Positions 23,040 through 34,359 of a stretch of DNA of 64,000 nucleotides are shown in pieces. The notes beneath the pieces were generated by a model. It saw only the letters and a program-made list of their open reading frames with translations. It was not told the DNA's origin and searched no databases. The position numbers and the translations under genes were made by a program. The DNA lies in contig NC_086100.1 in the NCBI RefSeq assembly GCF_963921235.1, positions 202,804,001 through 202,868,000 on the forward strand, written 5' to 3'. Each line of letters begins with the position of its first letter. Position 1 is the stretch's first letter. Source of the stretch: Mobula hypostoma (Eukaryota).

Positions 23040-24775
23040 GTGACTCTATACATAAAGTGTAAAAGAGAGGTGAGAATGGATATCAGACCGCTGAAATATA
23101 ATGCTGGAGAAATAATAATGGGGGACAAGGAAAAGGTGAATGAAATGAATAAGTATTTTGCATCAGTCTTCACTGTGGAACACAAAAGCAGTACGGTGGA
23201 TGTCCCAGAGTGTGAGTGGTCAGAGGTTGCCATTACTAGGGAGAAGGTTCTTGGGAAACTGATAGGTCTGAAGGTAGCAACAGACATAGAATGCTTAAGG
23301 AACTCAGCAGTCCAATACGTTTCAACAGGTACATTTAAAGTCAGAGAAATGTGTACAATATACATACTGAAATTCTTTCTCTTCACAAACATCCACGAAA
23401 ACAGAGGAGTGCCCCAGAGAATGAATGACAGTTGAATGTTAGAACCCCAAAACCCTCCCCCCGCAGTTCCCCCCAATCCACGCATAAGCAGCAGCAAAGC
23501 AACGATCCCCCTCCCCACCAGCAAAAAAAAGCATCGGCGCCCCCCACCAAGCACTCAAGCGTGCAGCAAAGCATCAGTAAAGACCCAGACTTGCAGTACC
23601 CCAAAGACTACTCGTTCAGCTGGTAAATTCGACATACCACAGGCACTCTCTCTCCCTGTTAAGGGAAAATGAGGTGTCTCCATTTAACAGCAAGCGGGGA
23701 GACATAACAAACAACTTGTTGATTTACAATGTTAAAAGTCTGCTGCGTCTCTTTTTCCGAGCTCTGAAACCTAATGAATTGCAAATGTCACTCCACTTCT
23801 CAAGAAGGGAGAAAGACAGAAGAAAGGAAATTATAGGCCAGTTCGTCTGATCTCAGTGGTAGAGAAGATGTTGGAATCGATTGTTAAGGACTCAGTTTCA
23901 GGGTATTTTGAGGCATATGATAAAATAGAGCATAGTCAGAGTGGTTTCCTCAAGGGAAAATCTTGCCTGACAAAGTTGTCAGCATTCTTTGAAGAAATAA
24001 CAAGCAGGATAGACAAAGGAGGACTGGTTCATGTTATGTACTTGGATTTCAGAAGCCCTTTGACAAGGTACCACCCATCAGGCTACTGAACAAGTTAAGA
24101 GATAGTAACGATTCTAGCATGGATAAAGCAGTGAGGAACTTGCAGGTGAAGAAGGCAAATGCGATTTTGGCATTCATTTCAAGAGGACTAGAATATAAAA
24201 GCAAGGATGTAAGTTGAGGTAAGCACTGCTGAGGCCTAACTTGGAGTATTCTGAGCAACCTTGGCCCACTTATCTTAGAAAAGATGTGCTGACTCTGGAG
24301 AAGGTTCTAAGGAGGTTCATGAAAATGATTCCAGGATTGTATGGTTTGACAGATGAAGAGCATTTGATGGCTCTGGGTGTGTATTCACTAGAATTCAGAA
24401 GAAATAAAACCTGTCAAATGGTGAAAAGCATTGACAGAGCAGATGTGGAGTGGATGTTTCCCATGGTGAGACAGTCTAGGATCAGAGGACACAGCCTCAG
24501 AATAGAGGGGCATCCTTTTTGAATGGAGGTGAGGAGGAATTTATTTAGCCAAAGAGTGGTGAATCTGTGGAATTCATTGCCACGGGAATCTGTAGAGGCC
24601 AATTTGTTAGGTATGTTTCAGGCAGATAGGTACTTGATTGGTCAGGGCATGAAGGGATTCAGGGAGAAGGCAGGAGATTGGAGCTGAGGGGAAAAATGGA
24701 TCAGCCATGATGGAATGGTGGAGAAGGCTCAAAGGATCAAACGGCCGAATTCTGCTCCTGTATGTTATGATCTTA
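23040..24775 (+). mobile_element. CR1 LINE with internal deletions, interrupted at about 23310-23770 by a minus-strand retroposon 3' end
   Basis: NAGEIIMGDKE..YFASVFT, GKSCLT..FFEEITSRIDKG and LRKDVLTLEKV; tail TGTTATGATCTTAT. Confidence 0.85.
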
Positions 24776-24946
24776 TTGCCTCATGGACATTGTTGCGTGA
24801 GGCCTTGTCCTTGCTACGACCGAGACCAGGCAGCTCCCCAGCCATCTGCACCTGCTCTCATCCGATAACTCATTGAACCAGATTAACAATGTGCAAAGGT
24901 GTCTTGGGATCACAAGGAAAAGACCATGGTGCCTACTCGCTCTTAG

Positions 24947-27900
24947 TGTCACAAGGGCACGGCTGGGGACGGACCCAAGTGCAAGACACAGACACTGAAG
25001 TACTAGGGACAGGACTAGGATACAGTGTGACGGCAAGGACATGGACAGGAAAACCAGGAACCTGGAACAGGACTGAACAAGAGAGCTGGGAGCCCGGGCT
25101 TGGACTCTGAGCCAGAGACTGGACAAGGACCCAGAACCTGGGTCTTGCCTCTGGCTCGGACCCCAGAACTAGGCAAGGACGAGGCTTGGCAGGCAGGCAG
25201 GACGAGGCTGGAGTCTTCAGGCAAGAGGCTAGAGGCTAGAGACTTGGCTTGGCTTGGCAAGGCTGGAGGCTAGAAGCTGGAGGATGGAGGCTGAAGGCTG
25301 GAGTCTACAGGCTCGGGGCTAGGCAAGAGACGAGGCGAGGCTTGGCAGGAGGTTGGAGACTTGAGACTAGAGGTGAGGGTGGAGGATGGAGACTTGAGAC
25401 TAGAGGCGAGGCTGGAGACTTGAGACTAGAAGCAAGGCTGGAGGCTGGAGACTAGAGGCGAGGCTGGAGGCTGGAGACTAGAGGCGAGGCGGAGGCTGGA
25501 GACTTGAGACTAGAGGCGGAGGCTGGAGACTTGAGACTAGAGGCGAGGCTGGAGGCTTGAGACTTCAGACTAGAGGCGGAGGCTGGAGGCTGGAGACTTG
25601 AGACTAGAGGCGAGGCTGGAGACTTGAGACTAGAGACTAGAGGCGAGGATGGAGGCTGGAGACTTGAGACTAGAGGCGAGGATGGAGGCTGGAGACTTGA
25701 GACTAGAGGCGAGGCTGGAGGCTGGAGACGAGACTAGAGGCGAGGCTGGAGGCTGGAGACTTGAGACTAGAGGCGAGGCTGGAGGATAGAGACTTGAGAC
25801 TAGAGGCGAGGCTGGAGGCTGGAGACTAGAGGCGAGGCTGGAGACTTGAGACTAGAGGCGAGGCTGGAGGCTGGAGACGAGACTAGAGGCGAGGCTGGAG
25901 GCTGGAGACAAGACTAGAGGCGAGGCTGGAGGCTGGGGACTAGAGGCGAGGCTGGAGACTTGAGACTAGAGGCGAGGCTGGAGACTTGAGACTAGAGGCG
26001 AGGCTGGAGGCTGGAGGCTGGAGACTTGAGACTAGAGGCGAGGATGGAGGCTAGAGACTTGAGACTAGAGGCGAGGATGGAGGCTAGAGACTTGAGACTA
26101 GAGGCGAGGCTGGAGGCTGGAGACTTGAGACTAGAAGCGAGGCTGGAGGCTGGAGACGAGACGAGGCGAGGCTGGAGGCTGGAGACTTGAGACTAGAGGT
26201 GAGGCTGGAGACGAGGTGAGGCAAGGCTGGAGGCTGGAGACTGGAGACTTGAGACTAGAGGTGAGGCTGGAGACGAGGCGAGGCGAGGATGGAGGCTGGA
26301 GACTTGAGACTAGAGGCGAGGCTGGAGACAAGACTAGAGGCGAGGCTGGAGGATAGAGACTTGAGACTAGAGGCGAGGCTGGAGGCTGGAGACTTGAGAC
26401 TAGAGGCGAGGCTGGAGACAAGACTAGAGGCGAGGCTGGAGGATAGAGACTTGAGACTAGAGGCGAGGCTGGAAGCTGGAGACTAGAGGCGAGGCTGGAG
26501 ACTTGAGACTAGAGGCGAGGCTGGAGGCTGGAGACGAGACTAGAGGCGAGGCTGGAGGCTGGAGACGAGACTAGAGGCGAGGCTGGAGGCTGGGGACTAG
26601 AGGCGAGGCTGGAGACTTGAGACTAGAGGCGAGGCTGGAGGTTGGAGGCTGGAGACTTGAGGCTGGAGGCTGGAGACTTGAGACTAGAGGCGAGGATGGA
26701 GGCTGGAGACTTGAGACTAGAGGGGAGGCTGGAGGCTGGAGACTTGAGACTAGAGGCGAGGCTGGAGGCTGGAGACGAGACTAGAGGCGAGGCTGGAGGC
26801 TGGAGACTTGAGACTAGAGGCGAGGCTGGTGGCTGGAGACTAGAGGCGAGGCTGGAGGCTTGAGACTAGAGGCGGAGGCTGGAGACTTGAGACTAGAGGC
26901 GAGGCTGGAGGCAGGAGACTTGAGACTAGAGGCGAGGCTGGAGGCTGCAGACTTGAGACTAGAGGCGAGGCTGGAGGCTGGAGACTAGAGGCGAGGCTGG
27001 AGGCTGGAGGCTGGAAACTAGAGGCGAGGCTGGAGACTTGAGACTAGAGGCGAGGCTGGAGGCTGGAGACTTGAGACTAGAGACAAGGATGGAGGCTGGA
27101 GACTTGAGACTGGAGGCGAGGTTGGAGGCTGGAGACTTGAGACTAGAGGTGAGGCTGGAGGCTGGAGACTTGAGACTAGAGGTGAGGCTGGAGGCTGGAG
27201 ACTAGAGGCGAGGCTGGAGACTGGAGACTAGAGGCGAGGCTGGAGGCTGGAGACTAGAGGCGAGGCTGGAGGCTGGAGACTTGAGACTAGAAGTGAGGCT
27301 GGAGGCTGGAGACTAGAGGCGAGGCTGGAGGCTGGAGACTTGAGACTAGAGGCGAGGCTGGAGGCTTGAGACTAGAGACTAGAGGCGAGGCTGGAGGCTT
27401 GAGACTAGAGGTGAGGCTGGAGGCTTGAGACTAGAGACTAGAGGCAAGGCTGGAGACTTGAGACTAGAGACTAGAGGCGAGGCTGGAGACTTGAAACTAG
27501 AGGTGAGGCTGGAGGCTGGAGACTTGAGGCGAGGCGAGGCGGGAGGATGGAGACTTGAGGCAAGGCTGGAGACTTGAGGCAAGGCTGGAGTCTTCAGGCT
27601 AGATGCTAGAGGCTGGAGACTTGGCTTGGCTTGGCAAGAGGCTAGAGGCTGGAAGCTGGAGTCTTCAAGGCAATGCTTGGCTCCTCCTGGGCAGGGCGCG
27701 GATCACCACCTGAGAGAGGCAAGGGACAGGAAGGGACAGAACCAACCCCAGGTAACGGCAAGACGGCCTGGTTTACCTGGGCAGAGGCAAGGGACAGGAA
27801 AGGAGCTAGGTACAGGGTGGCTCCAGGACCAGACAACAAGACGAGGCAGGGCTACTGGCAAAGCAAGGCAAGACGAGAACTTCAGGTGAGGCGAGAGTTA

Positions 27901-28153
27901 CCAGCAAGACAAAGCAGGGCTTCAGGCAAGGATACAGAAGGCAGAGGAAGGGATACAAAGAGTAAGGACAAGAACAATCCAACAGCCACACCCTGGTCTC
28001 TGGAGGTATTTATGCAGCCAGCCCCAACGAGCATCAGCTGCCTCAATTAGTGCTCAACAAGGACAGAAACAGGGTAGACAGGAAAACCTGGAGCAAGGAT
28101 CGATGGACCGGACCGTGAACTGGAATATGGACTTCACGGACTGGACTATGACA
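24947..28153 (-). mobile_element. Solo LTR of a Tf1/sushi-type Gypsy family, expanded by an internal minisatellite
   Basis: TGTCA..TGACA termini, perfect 5-bp TSD CTTAG (24942-24946 and 28154-28158), both ends homologous to the LTRs at 31546 and 33464, TATA-like CATAAATA on the minus strand near 28010. Confidence 0.88.
25260..27660. repeat. Minisatellite built from GAGGCTG / GAGACTT / GAGACTA / GAGGC modules
   Basis: Many variant units such as GAGGCTGGAGGCTGGAGACTTGAGACTAGAGGC. Confidence 0.97.
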
Positions 28154-28429
28154 CTTAGACTGTAAACTTCCATGCAGCTGTTTCATCTTCTCCAGCAGTG
28201 AGTGTGCAACTCGCTGATGCTGCAGACCTCAGTACTTTAAGTTCTTGATATATAGCTTAATGTGATGGATAGATTCTTGATTAGACCATAAGATTATTCA
28301 GAGCATTAAGGATTGTGAGGTGAAGGCAGTAGAGTAAGTTTGAGAGTGATAATAAATCAGCCATGATGGAATGGCAGAGCATACTCAATAAGCCTAATGG
28401 CCTAATTATGCTCTGATGTCTTATCGTCC

Positions 28430-28890
28430 TATAATTCAAGATTGTTTAAAGTTATTTCCAGTACACAAGTGTAAAGGAGAACAAAATAATTCTTACTTTA
28501 GAATCAATGCACCACAAAAACCGCGCAATGAATTAGGTTAGTGGATAGAGGTATTGATCAACCTTTCTGCTTGGGGAAAGAAACTGTTTTTGAGTCTGGT
28601 GATCCTGGCGTGGATGCTATGTAGGTTTCTCCCTGACTGGAGTGGGACAAACAGTCCATGATCAGGGTGGGTGGGATACTTTACTATGTTACTGGCCCTT
28701 TTCTGCCACCTTTCTACAAACGTTTGTGTGTGCGTGTATGTATGTATATATATATATATATCTCCACTGCAGTGCATTTCCCGTACCATGCAATGATACA
28801 GCATGCTAGGACGCTCTCTACTCCACATTTGTAGAATGGTGTGTGTATAGGTGTGCATAGTCCAGTTCTCTTCAGCCTTCTCAGAAAGTA
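28430..28890 (-). mobile_element. Rex1/Babar 3' fragment
   Basis: YFLRRLKRTGL..ESVLACCIIAWYG and HGLFVPLQSGR..RLKNSFFPQA. Confidence 0.8.
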
Positions 28891-29329
28891 AATTCTGAAT
28901 TTTATTTGTCTCTGCCCACCAAACTTCTTAGCTGTTTTATGTGCCAAAGGGAACCCACAATCTACAACTCGACCAATCAGACCAAACAGATTCTCATTCA
29001 AGACATGATGCATGCAACAAACAACAAGAGTCCCATCCCAATACCACTCCTTGTAGTGTATCATTGGTTCCATGTACAAAAACAACCCCCCAGCACGACC
29101 CCTGTCTCTTGCCAGCCAGCTGCTTCCAAAGCTCACTCTGTAATGGTACATCATTGCTTCCATGCAGAAAAACAACCATCCAGCACTAACCTTTGTCTCC
29201 TCCAAACCAGCTGTTTCCAGTTTGCCAAGGTAGCTTGGATCCCATGTGCTCTAAAAAAACATGAAGTACCTTGGACCTTGTGAGAAGACAGGGAAGAAAC
29301 TGCAAAGGAACTTGCTAAGATATTTAGGA

Positions 29330-30230
29330 CACTGACCAATACAGCGCACGAACAAACCTTTTTTGCACATAATGTACCAAACTAATTAAATTAAATGCCC
29401 TACTAATCTCTTTTGATTCCCAACTTTGTATGAGGTCTCTTACCAACATCTGCCTCCACAACCTCTCCACTAATTGTTCTAGCACTCTAGTTCCCATCCC
29501 CCGCAACTCTAGTTTAACCCCCAAAGTATAACATTAACAAACCTTCCCGCTAGAATACGAGTCCCCCTCCAGTTCAGGCGTAAACTGTCCCGTCTGTACA
29601 GGTTCCAGATTCCCTGGAAGAGAGCCCAATGATCCAAAAATCTTGTGCCCTCCCTCCTACACCAACTCCTGAGCCACATATTAAGTTGCATTATCTTCCC
29701 AGTTCTGGCCTCACTAGCATGTGGCACGGGCAAGAATCCAGAGATCACAACCCTGGAGGTCCTGCCCTTTAACTTAGCATCTGCTTCTATACCATCTGTA
29801 TCGTTACTGTATCATCTGCTTCTGCTACCAACCGGTGGTGCATTCCATGCCCCCATGACTCTCTGGGTTAAAAAAAAGCTTTTAAAGTTTTGTACTTTTA
29901 CCCTCTCACCTCAAATACACACTCTCTAGTACTGGACATTTCAGTCCTATGGAAAATATACTGGCTAGCTGACTTATTGATGCACTCCATAATCTTACAA
30001 ACTTCTATCAAATATCTGGCTGCGCTGGAGAAAGCAGTCCCAGCCTGTTCAACCTCTCTTCATAGCACATGTCCTCTGATCCAGGTAAACCTCATTTGCA
30101 CTCTCTTCAAAGCCTCCACATTCCTCCTGTAATGAGGGAACCAGAATTGACTTGGACTATTCTAAGTGTGGCCGGAGCGGAGCTTTATAAACCTGTAATG
30201 TAACTTCTGAACTTCTGAACTCAATACTGT
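29330..30230 (-). mobile_element. Degraded CR1 pieces (ORF1 esterase and 3' end)
   Basis: ISGFLPVPHASEAR..WLRSWCRREG.RFLDHW..LNWRGT. Confidence 0.75.
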
Positions 30231-30512
30231 CTACCACTTGCCACTCCTCCACTTGAAAATGCAACTCATCTCTATCCTGCTGTGTCTTCTGGCAACCTTC
30301 TATCCAATCCACAAAACTATCCATCTTAAACACGAGAGCTGATTGTGAAAATGCTGGAAATAGCTCCTCACACTTATCCCTGCAAGTGGGACAAATGCAA
30401 AACCTTCCCCTATACCTCCTCTCTCACCACCATTCAGAGCCCCGAACAGTCCTTCAGAAGAGGCAACACTTTACCTGTGAGTCTTTTGAGATCATCTGCT
30501 GCTTGTCGTGCT

Positions 30513-31445
30513 CACATAAGACCGTAACACGTAGGAGCAGTATTAGGCCATTCAACCCATCAAGTCTGCTCCACCTTTCCATCACGGCTGATCCTGGATC
30601 CCACACCTGCTTTCTCGCCATATCCTTTGATGTCCTCACCGATTGGGAAAAAATCAGCTTTGGCCTTACATATGCTGACGGACTTGGCAGAGCAATCAAC
30701 AGATTCACTACTCTTTGGCTAAAAAAAATTTCTCCTTGCCTCTTTTCTAAAGGATTACCCCCGAATTTTGAGGCAGGACCCTCTAGTTCTGGATACCCCC
30801 ACCATAGGAAACATCCTCTCCGCATCCACCCGATTTAGTCCTTTCAATATTCGGTAGGTTTCAATGAAATCCCCCTGTATTCTTGTAAATTCCAGTGAGT
30901 ACAGGCCCAAAGCTGCCAAACGCTTCTCATATGTTAACCCCTTCATTCCCAGAACCACCCTCATGAACCTTCTCTGGGCGGATAAGAGGAGATATTTAGA
31001 AACATATAAAATTATGAAAGGGATAGATAACGTAGAGGCAGGAAAGTTGTTTCCACTGGTAGGTGAAACTAGAACTAGGCGACATAGCCTCTAAATTTGG
31101 AGGAGTAGAGCTAGGACAGAGATGAGGAGGAACTGCTTTTCCCGGAGAGTGGAATTCTCTGCCCAATGAAGCAGTGGAGGCTACCTCAGTAAATATATTT
31201 AAGGCAAGGTTGGATAGAGTTTTGCATAATTGGGGAATTCTTATTGAATGGTGGAGGGGGACTCATTCCAATGACAACATATCCTTTTCGAGATATGGGG
31301 CTCAAAACTGTTGACAATACTCCAAAGCTTAGCATTGTCTCCTTGCCTTTATATTCTGATCCCTTTGAAATAAATGCCAACATTGCATTTGCCTTCTTTA
31401 CCACAGACTCAACCTGTAAATTAAACATCTGGGAGTCTTAAAACA
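30513..31445 (-). mobile_element. CR1 3' fragment containing a plus-strand CR1 piece (about 30977-31240)
   Basis: GLTYEKRLAALGLYSLE and VKKANAMLAFISKG; tail reads ACATAAGACC on plus. Confidence 0.85.
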
Positions 31446-31545
31446 GGTTGAGTCTGAGGTAAAGACTCCCAGTGTGGATTCCTCTACATTGGTGAGACCC
31501 GACATAGATTTGCAGAGTCCTTTTCAAGCACCTTCACTCTGTCTG

Positions 31546-34199
31546 TGTCATAGAGCAGGGCTCTGGGAGTGGACCCAAATGCAAGACACAGACACTGAGG
31601 TACTAGGAACAGGACTTGGAGTGTCAAGAAAGCAAGGGAAGTGGGGAATAAAGGACGTTGGACATTGACACAGGCCCTGGACGAGACTGGTGTGACGGGG
31701 TCCTGAATTACCCCTATGAACTGTGCTTTTGAGAAGAGAGAGAGAGAGAGATGGGTATTTGACACCGACATCTTGTTTTGAAAAGACAGAGAGAAAGAAA
31801 GAGAGAGAGTGACGAAGACTAACTTTTGGATTTCTGCTGAATTGGAGGGAGAGAGCACCAAGCAGCTTGTAAGTCACTATGGTGACCGAGGGCGGTGTTA
31901 TTTGATGGACAATTGATGTTATGATTTTTCAGCAGGGTGTTTATACTTCCTAAGGACGTGGCCTGCTAGTGCATTCTTACACAGACAGAGATGGGAGGAG
32001 TTATTTGAATGACGGTTGGTACTCAGTACAGTGAGATAAATAGAAGGTCAGATGATAGACCTAAGACACATGTTTTTAGACACTGAATGAGCTTTGTTGT
32101 GCCCACAGAAAAAGTGGGTTTTGGACGATCGATCAGTGGCTCTTGCAGTGTGAACAGGGTGTGACTGGTGGGGAGTTATTTGTGTCCAACCCTCGCCTGG
32201 GTTGATAATTCCACCACAGAAGAATGGTCCCCTTTGTTGAAGTCACAGTCAGTGACTTTTAAAGGATTTCGGAGGACAACGGGAAGATCGACAGCGTCAA
32301 CTCACCTGAAGACTCAAATCTCTCCCTCTCTCTCTCCATCACTACTCAACTCAACACCACGAACTGAACTGAACTTTACTCATCATCATAAGACTATCCA
32401 TTTACCCCTAGACTTGAAGAAGCTTGGTTTTCATATATATTCCACACTTACTTCTATATAGTCATTGCTAACCTGTCTGATTTATCTGCATTTATATTAC
32501 TGTATTGCGTAGTTACTAATAAATATTATTTGTTAATAGCAATATTGGACTCCAAAGTGTTTTCCATTTCTGCTGGTTCTTTAACCCCTCACAGGGTACG
32601 TAACACTAGGATGCAGGGCCGGGGCTAGGACATGGACAAGAAACACGGAACCCGGACAAGGAACACAGAGACTTGGTCTTGGCAGAACAGGAACATGGAA
32701 CACAGAGCCTTGGTCTTGGCAGAACAGGAATGCAGAACCTTAGTTGAGGGGGGACAGGAACACAGAGACATGGAATACAGAGCTGGGACCACTCCTTGGG
32801 AACAGGACTTGGGGCTGGGTCTCTACACAGAGTCAGGCCCCCTCCTTGAGAGCAGAACGTAGGGCCGGGACTCGTACACAGAACACAGAGACAGTTCACA
32901 ACACAAGGTAGCGGCAAATGACCAGACCTACCTAGCAAAGGCGTGGACACAGAGACAGTTCAAAACAACGATAGACAGTTCCTCATCTTGCTCTCATGGT
33001 AGGACTTGACAGCGGTACAGGCGAAGAATGCAGGCAAGGGTTACAGGCAAGGCAAGGCTCCAGGCTAGACAGGTGAAGGTAAAGGGAAGGGAAGGGATTC
33101 AGATGGGATTTGGACAGGAACAGTCCAGCAACTGAAGCTGAACCAAGGAGCTATTTATGTAGCCAGCCCAAAATGTGAATCAGCTGCCTCAATTAGAGCA
33201 CCCAATAGAAAAAGGGAAAACCAGAAAACCTAGAATAAGGAATGATAGACGGGACTGTGAACCAGAATCCGGATTTCATGGACCGGACCATGACAGTACC
33301 CCCCCCCCCCCCCACTATGGGAGCCTCCTGGCACCCCAAAAGGCTTCCCCAGACTATGGATGACATGGGTGGGTGGGGGGGCATTCAACAGGAGAGAACC
33401 CAGGATAGTGAGAGTTAATCGACAGCATCTGTGTCGCTGGGTCCATGTCTGGCTGGACTGTTCTGTCATAGAGGGGGGCGCTGGGAGCAGACCCAAATGC
33501 AAGGCACAGACACTGAAGTACTAGGAACAGGACTCGGAGTGTCAAGAAAGCAAGGAAGGTGGGGAAGAAAGGACGCTGGACATTGACACAGGTCCTGGAT
33601 GAGACTAGTATGCAGGGCCTGGGCTAGGACATGGACATAAAACACAGAACCCGGACAAGGAACACAGATACTTGGTCTTGGCAGAACAGGGGTCTTGGGA
33701 GACAGGAACACAGAACCTTCATCGAAGGGGAACAGGAATGCAGAGACATGGAACACAGAGCCGGGACTCCTCCTTGGAAACAGGACTTGGGGCCGGGGCT
33801 CTACACAGAACACAGAGAGATAGTTCCCAACACAAGGTAGCGGCAAACGGCTGGACCTACCTAAAGAAGGCGTGGACACAGAAACGGTTCAAAACAATGA
33901 TAGGCAGTTCCTTATCTTGCTCCAGCTGTAGAACTTGACAGTGGTGCAGGCAAAGGATGCAGGCGAGGCGAGGCGAGGTGAGGCGAGACGAGGCAAGGCG
34001 AAGGTAAGGGATTTTGACGGGAACAATCCAGCAACTGAAGGTGAACCAAGGAGCTATTTATGTAGCCAGCCTAAATTGTGAATCAGCTGCCTCAATTAGA
34101 GCACCCAACAGAAAAAATGGAAAATCAGAAAGCCTGGAGTAAGGAACGATGGACCAGACTGTGAACCAGAATCTGGACTTCACGGACTGGACCACGGCA
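31546..34199 (-). mobile_element. Miniature (TRIM-like) Tf1/sushi-type Gypsy element: 5' LTR 34199-33464, 168-bp internal region, PPT, 3' LTR 33295-31546
   Basis: Two homologous LTRs and a 5-bp TSD GTCTG (31541-31545 and 34200-34204). Poly-G PPT plus TAC abuts the 3' LTR. Gag start ATG GAC CCA GCG lies 17 nt after the 5' LTR. Confidence 0.88.
31691..32605 (+). mobile_element. Solo LTR of a different family nested in the 3' LTR above
   Basis: TGTGACG..CGTAACA termini, 4-bp TSD CTGG/CTAG, AATAAA near 32518; absent from the sister LTR at the equivalent site (33601-33615). Confidence 0.85.
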
Positions 34200-34359
34200 G
34201 TCTGTCACAGAACATGGGATTTCTTGGTGGCCACACATTTCAGTTCAACTTGTCATTGTGATTCCGACATGCCAGTCCATGACACTGTCCATGGTCGCAA
34301 TGAGGCCAAACTCAGGTTGGAGGATACCTCATATTCCATCTGGGTAGCCTCCAACCTGA

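Larger units (their letters stand above)
30370..34340 (+). mobile_element. Penelope-like element GIY-YIG region, split into three pieces (about 30370-30512, 31470-31545 and 34200-34340)
   Basis: YPCKWDKCKTFPYTSSLTTIQ..HFTCES..C..CS, then CGFLYIGET..HL.SV, then FLVATHFSST.H.DSDM..EAKLRLE. Confidence 0.75.

Noticed and set aside
25249..27582. RLEARLEAGD-type coiled-coil-looking ORFs
   Set aside because: Translations of the minisatellite inside a solo LTR, with frequent stops.
25260..27660. CRISPR-like array
   Set aside because: No unique spacers, no cas genes, vertebrate context.
29055..29225. About 90-bp imperfect direct duplication (CATTG.TTCCATG..AAAAACAACC..CCAGCAC..CCAGCTG.TTCCA)
   Set aside because: Two diverged copies only, with no structure or coding signal; probably a local tandem duplication.
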